In this document: piece after piece, positions 50,150-59,922 of the stretch
Numbering within the stretch: position 1 is the first letter of the stretch
Layout: every line of letters begins with the position of its first letter
Source of the DNA: an uncultured bacterium
GTDB lineage: Bacteria > Actinomycetota > Acidimicrobiia > Spongiisociales > UBA5794
Reading direction: 5' to 3'
Assembly: GCA_963801165.1 (NCBI GenBank)
Contig: CAWDDT010000004.1
Span: 480,001-544,000 of the forward strand
DNA length: 64,000 bases
Position numbers and translations under genes: made by a program
The notes under the pieces: model-generated
What the model saw: the letters and a program-made list of their open reading frames with translations, nothing else
Database searches by the model: none
What the model was told of the DNA's origin: nothing

Positions 50150-51008
50150 AGGACGTCTTCAGTTGACCGATGGGCGCAGCATTTCCTACTCCGAGTGCGG
50201 GAGGCCAGCTGCGTCCGCGGTCATGTACTGCCACGGGTTCCCCGGCAATCGACGCGAGCTCGAGCTGATCGAGCGCACGCTCGACAGATGCGGGGTGGAC
50301 GCCCGACTGATCGCCCTCAACCGCCCCGGCTATGGGAGCTCAACATTTCAGCCGCATCGCACGATCCTCGACTGGCCGGCCGATGTTTCAGAGGCAGCAG
50401 ATCAACTCGGCATCGACCGCTTCGCCGTCCTTGGTGTCTCCGGCGGCGGTCCGTATGCGCTGGCGTGTGGATATGGCCTGCCCGATCGAGTGACCAGCAT
50501 CGGCATCGTGGCTGGCATCGCACCCATCGAAGCGCCCGGTATGGACCAGGCATCGTCGATCTCAGGACCATCCCCTCACCTGGCTATCCGCAGGCTCCAA
50601 TTCGCGTTGGCCGCATTCGCCTTCAGGAAGGGTCAAGGATCGCGTTTCGTCGATCAATCCGTCGCCACGATGGGACCGGCCGACCAGGCCGCGCTGGCTC
50701 AAATCGACATACGATCATGGTTCACGGACACTCTGTGCGAATCCTTCGAACAAGGCGGGCGCGCCGCCGCCCACGAGGCAAGCCTCTACCGAAGGGAATG
50801 GGGTTTCAACCCGGGGCGAATCACGGTCAAGACGCGCCTCTGGTATGGAGAGGCCGACCGAACCGTGCCGGCATCCGCGGGGCGGTGGCTGGCCGACCGC
50901 ATCCAGGGCGCGGACTTCTCCTACTGGCCTGACCAGGGACACTTCACCTGGATGCTCACCGACCATGGCGCGGAAGTGATCAACTCCACAGTGGGAGCTC
51001 TGCGCTGA
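50142..51008 (+). CDS. Alpha/beta hydrolase
   Basis: CHGFPG, NRPGYG, GVSGGGPYA, QGHF. Confidence 0.87.
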   Translation: MLEGRLQLTDGRSISYSECGRPAASAVMYCHGFPGNRRELELIERTLDRCGVDARLIALNRPGYGSSTFQPHRTILDWPADVSEAADQLGIDRFAVLGVSGGGPYALACGYGLPDRVTSIGIVAGIAPIEAPGMDQASSISGPSPHLAIRRLQFALAAFAFRKGQGSRFVDQSVATMGPADQAALAQIDIRSWFTDTLCESFEQGGRAAAHEASLYRREWGFNPGRITVKTRLWYGEADRTVPASAGRWLADRIQGADFSYWPDQGHFTWMLTDHGAEVINSTVGALR

Positions 51009-51040
51009 TGCCATCACAGCGAAAGTAGTCCGGTTATCTC

Positions 51041-51679
51041 GTGTATGACGAACAGCATTCTGACCTCGAGCCCTCAAGGGCAAGCGTCGACCTGTACTGG
51101 ATTCCGCTCGGCGCAGGCGGTGCCGGCTTTGTTCGGTTCAACGGACGGGTGTACGAGGCCATCAAGGCTCGCGCAGAGCGGCGGAGGGCTCTCGATCTCT
51201 GTCACACGGCACTCGAGGTGCGGGTGCCTGCGGGGCGTTTCACAATCGAGAATGCATGGCCCAGCCCGGACAGCGACACCCGATCGCGAGGGGTGGTGCT
51301 CGAAGGCCCTGTCGGCGCTCGCTGGAACGCCCGCTTCCGAGCGCTTCGATACGAAGTGCGGTGCTGGCGCGACGGCATCATCCCCGACGCCGGTGAGGCG
51401 GTAGGGGGTCCGCAACATCTCAGCAACGATCCAATCCGGGCCCAGCGTCTTGTCGATCTGGTCGCCTCAGTGCCGCTACTCGCCTGGGGCCGGGACGAGC
51501 TGAGATGTGGAGACATGTGGAATTCGAACTCCGTGATTTCGTGGCTGCTGGCTCGTAGCGGGCTTCCGGTCGATGAGATTCATCCCCCTGTCGGTAAGCG
51601 CGCACCAGGATGGGAGGCAGGCAGGGTCGCGGCCCACCTCGGTGAGCAGGTCGAGCGCATCGCCCGACACGTCAAATGA
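51041..51679 (+). CDS. Conserved-looking hypothetical protein
   Basis: 212 aa; LYWIPLGAGG, HTALEV, WNSNSVISW, APGW motifs suggest a real family. Confidence 0.6.
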   Translation: MYDEQHSDLEPSRASVDLYWIPLGAGGAGFVRFNGRVYEAIKARAERRRALDLCHTALEVRVPAGRFTIENAWPSPDSDTRSRGVVLEGPVGARWNARFRALRYEVRCWRDGIIPDAGEAVGGPQHLSNDPIRAQRLVDLVASVPLLAWGRDELRCGDMWNSNSVISWLLARSGLPVDEIHPPVGKRAPGWEAGRVAAHLGEQVERIARHVK

Positions 51680-51729
51680 GCACCGACGCCAGCTCTAGCC
51701 CGTTCTGGCGTGACGGTCCGCACCCTTCG

Positions 51730-51950
51730 TCATACCAATAGAGGATCGGTGAGAATCTCAACGAGGGCCGGGCCTTGTGAGCGAGCGCCTCCGCCAGGGA
51801 AGCGCTGAGATCGTTCTTGCTCTCGACTCGCAAACCCATAGCCCCGCAGGATCGAGCAAACGCCGCCAAAATCGGGATTCGTCAACGATGCCTGCCACAC
51901 GTCGTACTCCGCCGAGCGCTGCTCTTTGCTGATCTTGCCCAACTCATCTG
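51730..51950 (-). pseudogene. C-terminal remnant of a TPP-dependent enzyme (pyruvate oxidase-like)
   Basis: ELGKISKEQ...SLTNPDF / AFARSCGA..LAEALA / GPALVEILTDP across frames; no N-terminus. Confidence 0.65.
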
Positions 51951-51989
51951 CTGCACTCCGGCACCAAATTCCTCGGCGGCCGATCGGTG

Positions 51990-52280
51990 ACAAGCGGCTC
52001 CGGTCGCACGATTCGCTTGGGGAGATCGATGGCGACGTCCTCTACGGTCTCGGAGCCGCCGACATGAAGGCTGGGCTGGTGGCTGCGGTCAAAGCGTTCA
52101 CCGAGCTGGCCACCGGAGCTCGTGATTTCGCCGGTGAGGTGCGGGGTGCCGCCACGCTGGTGTTCGGCCCCGGTGATGTCGCACATGCCTACGCGGTCGA
52201 TGAGCGAGTGAGCCTCCGTCAGGCCGGGCAGGTCGGCGAAGTGTTGGCAGCAGTGGCAGCGATTGCTCGTATCGCCATGA
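51990..52280 (+). pseudogene. Internally deleted ArgE/DapE (M20) deacylase remnant
   Basis: LYGLGAADMKAG fused directly to C-terminal FGPGDVAHA..DERV; bounds approximate. Confidence 0.65.
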
Positions 52281-52419
52281 AGGCCCGCTTTTTGGCGCCG
52301 ATTTCCGCCGCCATGTATTCCGGTCCCGGACGCCAGAGACTGTTGACCGTTCGCTGAGTTTGCGTTGCAAACCCAAAACCTCGGCGAAGCTGAGGCGGCT
52401 ACACTTGCGTCTCGCCTTC

Positions 52420-52496
52420 GGGGGTGTAGCTCAGCTCGGCAGAGCGCCACGTTCGCAACGTGGAAGTCAGGGGTTCAAATCCCCTCACCTCCACCA
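52420..52496 (+). tRNA. tRNA-Ala(CGC)
   Basis: Acceptor GGGGGTG/CACCTCC with G3:U70, anticodon arm CCACG-TTCGCAA-CGTGG, GGTTCAAAT T-loop, encoded CCA. Confidence 0.97.
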
Positions 52497-52529
52497 AGGG
52501 ACCGTCCTATTCGGCCGGTCCCTTTTCTT
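52496..52529 (+). terminator. Intrinsic terminator after the tRNA
   Basis: AAGGGACCG...CGGTCCCTT followed by TTCTT. Confidence 0.75.
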
Positions 52530-52587
52530 GGCTTCGCCGTCGCCGGGCTGCCACGATGAGCACGTCGTTTCGCAACTGGAGGAATGT

Positions 52588-52902
52588 ATGTGGCTGTTTG
52601 CGGTGGTGGCCGGTCTAGTCGCAGCTGTGGTGGACACGGCAGTCATGATCCCGCTCGAGTTTCCAACAGGCGCTGAGAAAAGAGAGGCAATGACGGCGGC
52701 CTTCGTCGAGCGCTTCGTCCTCGGCTTCGTGATCGGTCCCGTCGCGGCCGGTCTCGATGTCAACGGCGTTGCCATTGGCGCGGCCCTCGGTCTCGCCGCC
52801 AGTCTCGGGCCTGCCATCATCACCAAGACCTGGGCGCCGATTCTCGCCATGGGTCTGGTCACCGGCCTTGGTGTCGGGATCGCATACCAGCTGGTCTACT
52901 GA
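52588..52902 (+). CDS. Small multi-TM membrane protein
   Basis: RBS GGAGGA; 104 aa, about 4 TMs. Confidence 0.65.
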   Translation: MWLFAVVAGLVAAVVDTAVMIPLEFPTGAEKREAMTAAFVERFVLGFVIGPVAAGLDVNGVAIGAALGLAASLGPAIITKTWAPILAMGLVTGLGVGIAYQLVY

Positions 52903-52978
52903 AGAAGGACCGGCGTCCGGCGGTGCCCACATGTCACACCGCCCGGGTAGGTTGGATCGCAACGGATCCGGGGGTGTG

Positions 52979-53254
52979 ATGAGCCAGTCTGCCGATGAGC
53001 AGGTCGATAGAGCGAAGGAACAGTTGGAGCCGGTGCGTGACGATTGGCTACGCCGCGCCGGGGTGACCGGGATCGACATCGGGTTCCTCTGGCAGGGCTC
53101 GACCATGTCGGACCAGGTGGGGATCCGGGTCAAGGTGGAGAAGCTTCTGGAGCCGGGGGACATACCGGAAGGAGAGCTCTTCCCCAGGTATCTCGGGGAT
53201 GTTCGGGTCCAGGTCCGCGAGGAGTCGGCGATGGGTCCCCAGCCCGGCGGCTGA
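52979..53254 (+). CDS. Stand-alone homolog of the N-terminal (pro)domain of the downstream protease
   Basis: DWLRRAGVTGIDIGF..IRVKVEK..GDVRVQVRE aligns with DWLRRPGVTAVDVGF..VRVHVER..GDFPVDVLE. Confidence 0.75.
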   Translation: MSQSADEQVDRAKEQLEPVRDDWLRRAGVTGIDIGFLWQGSTMSDQVGIRVKVEKLLEPGDIPEGELFPRYLGDVRVQVREESAMGPQPGG

Positions 53255-53318
53255 TCCGAGCACCTGTATTTCCGGGAACCGACGACTGTCTACTACTGGT
53301 GACGAGGAGGGGAATCCC

Positions 53319-54574
53319 ATGCCAAGAAAGCCGGCAGACAAAAGAATCGAAGAAGCAACGGAGTTGCTGCGTCAGCGGCGAAGTGATTGGCTGCGACGCC
53401 CCGGGGTGACCGCCGTCGACGTCGGGTTCAAGATCTCGGAACGCGAGATCACAAGCACCCTCGCCGTGCGAGTTCACGTTGAGCGCAAGAAGCCGCTTGC
53501 CGAACTCGAGGACTACGAGATCTTCAACGTGTCCCAGGCCGACGCGACCGCCAAGAACAAGCCAAAGAAGGTCGGGGATTTCCCCGTGGATGTCCTGGAG
53601 GCGACCTACGTTCCTGCACAAAGGGTGATTGTTGACCCGGAGAACGTCGCCGCCGTCAACGAGGCCATCGACCGCACCGGGGTGGTTACGCCGCTAATCG
53701 GCGGGATCAGCTGTGGCAATGCCCGGGTGACCGCAGGCACTCTCGCCGCCATTGTCTTCAATCGCACTGATGGTTCCCCGCAAATCCTGAGCAACTGGCA
53801 CGTGCTGGCGGGGAGTTCCGACGCGGCCGCGGGCGAAGAGATCTGGCAGCCGGGACGGGTCGATGGCGGCAACTCATCGCACCTGGTTGCCCGGTTGGCG
53901 AAGTGGCGGCTCAACAAGGACATGGACGCCGCCGTCGCCAAGCTCACCGGTGACCGCGACTACGTGCGCGACATCATCGGTCTCCACCCCGTGTCCGGAA
54001 TGGAGGGGGCTCAGCTCGGGATGAATGTGGTGAAGTCGGGGAGAACCACAGGCAACACCGAAGGAATCGTCGACGGAGTCAGCTTGTCGACCTCGATCAA
54101 CTACGGCGGCTCGACCGGAACCGTGGCGTTTCGCGACATGATGCACATTGTGCCCCGTCCCCCGTGGCCCAGTGTCGACTACGAGGTGTCGGCGGGTGGC
54201 GACTCGGGATCGGTGTGGATCAACGAGGGCACCGGCAAGGCAATCGGTCTTCACTTCGCCGGTGAGACCGATGCGTCTCCTACCGCGGAGAATGCGATCG
54301 CCTGCCCGATCATCCCCGTGGCCGATGCGCTCGACTTCTCGTTCCTACCGGTTGTCGCCCCAACCCCGCCAACACAGCCACCGCCACCCCGCCTCCTCCT
54401 CCGGCACGTCCGCCCCGGGACACGCTGCGCGACATCATTTGCCGAATACTGCCGTTCCTGTGCGGGTCAGGTTCGCAAACGGCGGCATCCGGGCCGGTTA
54501 CCCAGGGCGGTCGCGATCTTGTCGACATGATCATCGACGCCATCTACGAGGACATCGCCGACAACCAGAAGTAG
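53319..54574 (+). CDS. Nal1-like trypsin/chymotrypsin serine protease (probable frameshift in Pro-rich linker ~54390)
   Basis: RBS GAGGAGG; LSNWHV (His), DMDAAV (Asp), GDSGS (Ser), KSGRTT, GLHFAG; as read the ORF ends at 54530, the shifted frame ends ..EDIADNQK* at 54574. Confidence 0.85.
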
Positions 54575-55351
54575 CTAGTCCTGGAAGAAGCCCTGCTTTT
54601 TCAGGTAGTCGAGCACGGTCCTGGTATAGCGGGCGTGGCCTTCCCGGGTGTACTTGAGCTCGGTGTAGATCTGGGCGAGGTTCTCCACCCCTTGTTCCTC
54701 GACGAGCCTGCGGAGACGGGGGATGTTCATGTAGCGATCCCAGCCGGTCTGGTCGCGATCCCGGTAGATCTCTCGGATCTCATCGTCGGAATGATCGTGG
54801 TATACGTCATGGTGCACGAGACCCGCAAGCGGGAGCCGATCTCTCTGCTGCGGGTCTTCATCGGGCCAACCGAGGACGAAACCGACCACAGGCACGACAC
54901 CCTCGGGAAGCTCGAGGATCTCTCCGACCTGGTCGGCGTTGGCAAGGGTCGAGCCCATGTAGCACACACCCAAACCGAGCGCTTCGGCAGCAATAGCCGC
55001 CGTCTGCGAAACCAGCACGGCATCGATTGCCGCCACCAGGAATGCGAAGAAGTCGTCGAAGTTGTCCGGTGCGTCGTTGAGACGCAACCACTTGCGCATA
55101 CGGCGGAAGTCGGCGCAGAAGGTGACCACGAGCGGTGCTTGCCGCACCATTTCCTGCTCCATGTGTGCCCGGTAGAGACGCTCGCGCAGGGCGTCGCCGG
55201 CGGTGACAACGATCGAGTAGGTCTGCATGTTTCCCGACGACGAAGCCCGGATCCCGGCGTTGAGGATCTCATCCACGAGATCCTGTGGAACCGGGTCGGG
55301 CCTGAACCGGCGAATCGAGCGATGGCGATGGATCACATCGAAGACGTTCAT
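54575..55351 (-). CDS. Nitroreductase (NfrA/NfsA-like)
   Basis: HRSIRRF, SSSGNMQTYS, GLGVCYMG, RLP. Confidence 0.9.
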   Translation of the reverse strand: MNVFDVIHRHRSIRRFRPDPVPQDLVDEILNAGIRASSSGNMQTYSIVVTAGDALRERLYRAHMEQEMVRQAPLVVTFCADFRRMRKWLRLNDAPDNFDDFFAFLVAAIDAVLVSQTAAIAAEALGLGVCYMGSTLANADQVGEILELPEGVVPVVGFVLGWPDEDPQQRDRLPLAGLVHHDVYHDHSDDEIREIYRDRDQTGWDRYMNIPRLRRLVEEQGVENLAQIYTELKYTREGHARYTRTVLDYLKKQGFFQD

Positions 55352-55455
55352 GGCGGCGGAATGGTAGGCGAGATAACCAATATCGAATTAGGCGGAGTGA
55401 ACAACAAAAGAGTAGTGTATAGGCAGCAAACCCTGAGCCGAGGAAGGTGTCCTAC

Positions 55456-56790
55456 ATGGCCGAGTTCTTCACCGACGTTGTCGAGCCGATCCGCTACGAG
55501 GGTTCGGACACCGACAACCCGCTCGCCTTCCGCGTCTACGACCCGGATCGCATCGTCGCCGGGAAACGGCTGGAGGACCACCTGCGAATCGCCGTGTGCT
55601 ACTGGCATTCCTTCACCTGGCCGGGTTCTGACATCTTCGGAGAAGGCACCTTCGATCGGCCGTGGCTGAAGAGCCCGGGCGACCCGATGGCGGCGGCTCG
55701 TGCCAAGATGGACGCGGCCTTCGAGTTCTTCTCGAAGCTCGGCACCCCCTTCTTCTGCTTCCACGATCGTGACATCGCACCCGACGGAGCCGACTACAAA
55801 GAGACGGTCGCCAACCTGCACGCCATGGTCGACTATGCGGCCGAGAAGATGGAGCAGACCGGAGTGCGGCTGCTCTGGGGGACGGCCAACCTCTTCAGCC
55901 ACCCGCGGTTCGCTGCGGGCGCCGCCACCAACCCGAACCCCGAAGCCTATGCGTTTGCGGCTTCCCAGGTGCGTCACGCCCTCGAAGCAACCAAGCGACT
56001 CAATGGCGAGAGCTACGTTCTCTGGGGCGGCCGGGAGGGCTACGACACCCTGCTGAACACGGACCTGAAGCAAGAGGGCGCGCAGCTCGCTCGCTTCCTC
56101 GAGATGGTCGCCGACCACAAGAGGAAGATCGGGTTCGACGGGCAGCTGTTTATCGAGCCCAAGCCGCAGGAACCGACCAAGCACCAGTACGACTATGACG
56201 TCGCCACGGTTCACGGGTTCCTCGAGAGGTTCGATCTCGTGGACGAGTACAAGGTCAACATCGAGGCCAACCACGCGACCCTCGCCGGGCACAGCTTCCA
56301 CCATGAGGTCGCCTATGCGGTGCAGCATGGTGTCTTCGGCAGCGTCGACGCCAACCGCGGCGACCCGCAAAACGGGTGGGACACCGATCAGTTCCCCAAC
56401 TCGGTTGAAGACCTGGTGATGCCTCTCCACGAGATCTTCGGTGCCGGCGGCTTCAAGAGAGGCGGCTTCAACTTCGACACCAAGCTGCGCCGCCAGAGCA
56501 TGGACCGGACCGACCTGTTCCACGGTCATATCGGCGGTATCGACACGCTGGCGAAGGCCACCCTCGTCGCTCTCGACATGCTGGAGAAGGACACCCTGCT
56601 CGAGGCGCGGCGTCAGCGATACGCCGGCTGGAGCGGTGAGCTTGGCCGGTACATCTTGTCGCCCGACTCCTCACTGGAGGCGCTGAGCGACAAGGTGTAC
56701 AACGACGGGATCGATCCGGCACCGGTGTCGGGGAGACAGGAGGCGCTCGAGAACCTGGTCAACAGAGCGATCTGGTCGGAGCGTTCGTAG
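55456..56790 (+). CDS. xylA: Xylose isomerase (class II)
   Basis: [40 protein letters not shown]. Confidence 0.95.
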   Translation: MAEFFTDVVEPIRYEGSDTDNPLAFRVYDPDRIVAGKRLEDHLRIAVCYWHSFTWPGSDIFGEGTFDRPWLKSPGDPMAAARAKMDAAFEFFSKLGTPFFCFHDRDIAPDGADYKETVANLHAMVDYAAEKMEQTGVRLLWGTANLFSHPRFAAGAATNPNPEAYAFAASQVRHALEATKRLNGESYVLWGGREGYDTLLNTDLKQEGAQLARFLEMVADHKRKIGFDGQLFIEPKPQEPTKHQYDYDVATVHGFLERFDLVDEYKVNIEANHATLAGHSFHHEVAYAVQHGVFGSVDANRGDPQNGWDTDQFPNSVEDLVMPLHEIFGAGGFKRGGFNFDTKLRRQSMDRTDLFHGHIGGIDTLAKATLVALDMLEKDTLLEARRQRYAGWSGELGRYILSPDSSLEALSDKVYNDGIDPAPVSGRQEALENLVNRAIWSERS

Positions 56791-56877
56791 CAAAACTCCA
56801 GCCGATCGGGTCCCCGGCCGATGACGTGAGTCATGGCAAACCCTGCAATATCGCTGATGCGGTACGCTCATCGCCTG

Positions 56878-58296
56878 ATGAGAGGCACACCCACCAAGCT
56901 CGCACGCTTTGGCGCGCTCTTCATCGCTGTGCTGTTGTTGGCGACCGGCTGCTCCTTTGTGACCGGGAGCGATAGCACCGGGGCGCCTACGACGACAATC
57001 GCGGACACGGCGCCGAGCGGCGAGACGACGACTACAGCGTCGGCGACGACGACTCCGACCGAATCGACGACTGCCCCGGACTCGACCGCCGCCCCGACCG
57101 TGACAGTAGGCGCCGGCGTCGATCCGGAGGTGGCCGACAGGCTCGTCGGCGAGGTCGATGACCTGATCACCGCCACAGAACAGCTGCGCGGCCTGGAATT
57201 CCTCGCCACGCCCACGATCACAATCCTTTCCACCGCCGAGCTGGCCGATCGTGTCGCCGCAGACGTCGCCGATGAGCTCGTCCCTGAGGACCTGGCCGTG
57301 GATACCCGGGTGTACCAGCTCCTGGGGCTTCTAGATCCGGGAGCCAGCCTCGACGACATGCTCGTCGCGCTGTACAGCGAAGGGGTCGCCGGTTTCTACG
57401 ACGGCGATACCGGTGAGCTCGTTATCGGCGGAGAGGCCGCCGATCTCTCGCCGTACACCAAGGATGTGATCGTTCACGAGCTGGTGCACGCTCTCACCGA
57501 CCAGAACTTCATCTTCAACGACGACTATCAGGCGATGTTCGACGAGCAGAGATACGACGAGGCGGCGGCATTCCAGGCACTCATCGAAGGCGACGCCACC
57601 TACTTCCAGTACATCTATCTCCAGGACATGCCGCTGGCCGATCAGGTATCGGCTGCGATGGAAGAGCTCGACCGTTTGCGTGCCGCCCCGTCCTACTCGA
57701 CCACCCCGGGCTGGCTGCTCAACGATCTCTCGTTCCCGTATGAGACCGGGCGCACCTTCGTGGCGGACCTCGTCGAGTCGGGCGGCATCGCCGCCGTCGA
57801 CGAGGCATACACGAACCGGCCCGTATCGACCGAGGTCGTGATGCACCCGGCGCGCTATGAGGGCGGCGAGGAGGTGTTGCCGGTGACCCCACCGGAAATC
57901 ACGATCGACGGGTTCGACACGCTCGAGACCTCGTCGTACGGGGAGTGGGGTCTGCGTCTATTGCTCACGAACGCAGCACCCGGGGTGGCGGTCCAGGCCG
58001 CCAACGGCTGGGGCGGGGACGAATATCAGATTCTCTACGACAACAAAGACGTGGTGCTCGCGCTGGCGTTCAAGGGTGACACCACCGATGATGCGTTCCA
58101 GATGGCAGATGCCCTCCAGGGTTTGGTTGCCTCGCTTGGATTCGGCGAGCCCGTCGCCTCAGGAGGCGGTGTCGCCTACAACGCCGAAGACGGACGGTAC
58201 GCCTATCTCAACAGGATCGGTGACGGCTTCGTCTTCGTGATCTCTACCAGCGCTTCGGCGGGGGCTGCGGCTGTCGATCAGATGCGGGTCCCGTAG
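56878..58296 (+). CDS. Lipoprotein, putative HExxH metallopeptidase
   Basis: Lipobox LATGC; Thr-rich linker; AGFY, HELVHAL, IEGDA, FPY. Confidence 0.75.
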   Translation: MRGTPTKLARFGALFIAVLLLATGCSFVTGSDSTGAPTTTIADTAPSGETTTTASATTTPTESTTAPDSTAAPTVTVGAGVDPEVADRLVGEVDDLITATEQLRGLEFLATPTITILSTAELADRVAADVADELVPEDLAVDTRVYQLLGLLDPGASLDDMLVALYSEGVAGFYDGDTGELVIGGEAADLSPYTKDVIVHELVHALTDQNFIFNDDYQAMFDEQRYDEAAAFQALIEGDATYFQYIYLQDMPLADQVSAAMEELDRLRAAPSYSTTPGWLLNDLSFPYETGRTFVADLVESGGIAAVDEAYTNRPVSTEVVMHPARYEGGEEVLPVTPPEITIDGFDTLETSSYGEWGLRLLLTNAAPGVAVQAANGWGGDEYQILYDNKDVVLALAFKGDTTDDAFQMADALQGLVASLGFGEPVASGGGVAYNAEDGRYAYLNRIGDGFVFVISTSASAGAAAVDQMRVP

Positions 58297-58397
58297 CACG
58301 AGGGTCTTCACCCGGGTTGGGGAATGACGTACGTTCGCCTCATGTTCCGGGCGCGCGCAAACAGCACCGATCGTGTGAGTCGAATCAGCGCGGCGGA

Positions 58398-58481
58398 TCA
58401 GCCGCGACCGGCGTTGGGGCGGCGCCCGTGGTTTGCCTTACTGCGGCGGGCGCGAAGCTTGCGTCGTTTTGCCTTGGCCAT
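58398..58481 (-). CDS. 50S ribosomal protein bL37
   Basis: MAKAKRRKLRARRSKANHGRRPNAGRG matches the actinobacterial SKANHGKRPN signature. Confidence 0.85.
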   Translation of the reverse strand: MAKAKRRKLRARRSKANHGRRPNAGRG

Positions 58482-58503
58482 AAGGCCTGGAAGCGTAGCA
58501 TGC

Positions 58504-58887
58504 TTGCCTGATCCGATCACCCTTGCCTCCCGCGAGGGCACGTGGGATGCGTCACCGGTGGCGATCGCCGGTACCGCCGGGCAGCGTCTTCTCGGGGTCA
58601 AGACGGGTGCAGACCGGGTGCTGCTCCGCACCAGAGCGGTCCACGGGCGTGGCGTGCGGCGCGGGCTACGGCTGGTTGCGATCAACGACGCAGGGGTCGT
58701 CGTTGCGGTCCGGGCGCTCGGTCCGGGTGGGTTTGCCTGGCTTCGCGGGGCAACCTGGGTCCTCGAGCAGCCGCTCGACGCTTCCCAGCCCGCAGTTGGC
58801 ACCCGGTTGGCAATCTATCCTCACCGCTGTGCCCGGACGTCTTCTTCTTTGTGCGACACCGATAGGAAACCTGAGCGACGCCTCTGA
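58504..58887 (+). CDS. DUF192-like hypothetical protein
   Basis: QRLLG..VLLR..VH...WVLE pattern; precedes and overlaps rsmI; start uncertain. Confidence 0.45.
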   Translation: MPDPITLASREGTWDASPVAIAGTAGQRLLGVKTGADRVLLRTRAVHGRGVRRGLRLVAINDAGVVVAVRALGPGGFAWLRGATWVLEQPLDASQPAVGTRLAIYPHRCARTSSSLCDTDRKPERRL

Positions 58888-59656
58888 CCGCTTGCGGACC
58901 GCGTTGCTCTCGGCCGACATGATCTACGCAGAGGACACCCGGCGCGCCGCCAAGCTGCTCCAAGCCCTCGGCGTCTCCACCGGAGTGCGCTCGTACTTTG
59001 TCGGTAACGAGGAGAGACGGGCGATTGAGCTACGGGAGCGGCTCGAGGCCGGGGAGACGGTTGCGGTGATCTCGGACGCCGGGATGCCGGCGATCGCCGA
59101 CCCGGGGCTCACTGCCGTGCGGGCCGCCCTGGCAGCCGACGCAGAGGTGAGCGCCGTCCCCGGACCGAGCGCGGTCACCACTGCTCTCGCCGTGTCCGGT
59201 CTGCCAGCAGAGCGATTCGTCTTCGAGGGGTTCCTGCCCCGAAAGGCCGGTGAGCGCAAGGCTCGATTCAAGGAGTTGGCCGCCGAGACCCGCACCACGG
59301 TTCTGTTCTCGGGGAAAGCACATGTGGTCGCCGATCTCGCGGATCTCGCCAAGAACGTGGGTGGGCACCGCACCATCGTTGTGGCCCGCGAGTTGACGAA
59401 ACTCTATGAGGAGGTCTGGCGGGGCACCCTGAACGAGGCCGTCGCTCACTGGTCGTCACGCGACGTGCGTGGCGAATTCACGCTCGTCCTCGGAGGAGCA
59501 GAACAGGCACGCACCAACATCGACCAGGTCGTGGCCGAAGTGCGCGATGCAGTTGTGACGGGGGAGTCGATGGCCGATGCGGTACGTCGTATCGCGTCGG
59601 AATCAGGGGTCAGCCGCCGACAGCTATACCAGGCTGTGCTAGACGTCCAGGAGTAG
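58829..59656 (+). CDS. rsmI: 16S rRNA C1402 2'-O-methyltransferase
   Basis: ATPIGNL, AEDTR, SDAGMPAIADPG, GFLPRK, RELTK, RGEF. Confidence 0.95.
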   Translation: MPGRLLLCATPIGNLSDASDRLRTALLSADMIYAEDTRRAAKLLQALGVSTGVRSYFVGNEERRAIELRERLEAGETVAVISDAGMPAIADPGLTAVRAALAADAEVSAVPGPSAVTTALAVSGLPAERFVFEGFLPRKAGERKARFKELAAETRTTVLFSGKAHVVADLADLAKNVGGHRTIVVARELTKLYEEVWRGTLNEAVAHWSSRDVRGEFTLVLGGAEQARTNIDQVVAEVRDAVVTGESMADAVRRIASESGVSRRQLYQAVLDVQE

Positions 59657-59685
59657 CCCCGGCGCTCTCGGTTCGGTCGTTTCTA

Positions 59686-59922
59686 TCAACCGGCCAAGGC
59701 GGAGCGGCAATTGGAGCAGACTCCACGTCCCTTGAATTCGCCGACCTCATCAGTCGATCCGCAGAAGACGCAGGTTGCGTCCAGTTTGCGGATGATGATG
59801 GAGTCGCCGTCCACCGAAATGGCGAGTTCATCCCCCTCACGGATATTGAAAAGTCGCCGAGTCTCGGCCGGGACAACAATCCTGCCGAGGTCGTCGATTT
59901 TGCGCACCATTGCGGTGTTCAA
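59686..59922 (-). CDS. abrB: AbrB-family transition-state-type regulator with C-terminal CxxC...CxxC
   Basis: VRKIDDLGRIVVP.E.RR; CVFC and CSNC; RBS GGAGG before TTG. Confidence 0.85.
   Translation of the reverse strand: MNTAMVRKIDDLGRIVVPAETRRLFNIREGDELAISVDGDSIIIRKLDATCVFCGSTDEVGEFKGRGVCSNCRSALAG

Larger units (their letters stand above)
40937..52337. mobile_element. Putative accessory island (~11.4 kb) bounded by a 20-bp direct repeat; no integrase
   Basis: TTCCGGTCCCGGACGCCAGA at 40937-40956 and 52318-52337; interrupts sepX/tRNA-Ala synteny; gene scars at the right end. Confidence 0.45.

Noticed and set aside
52470-52496. tRNA 3' end as attB of a prophage or integrative element
   Set aside because: I saw no duplicated tRNA 3' segment and no integrase in the window, and the native terminator follows the tRNA directly
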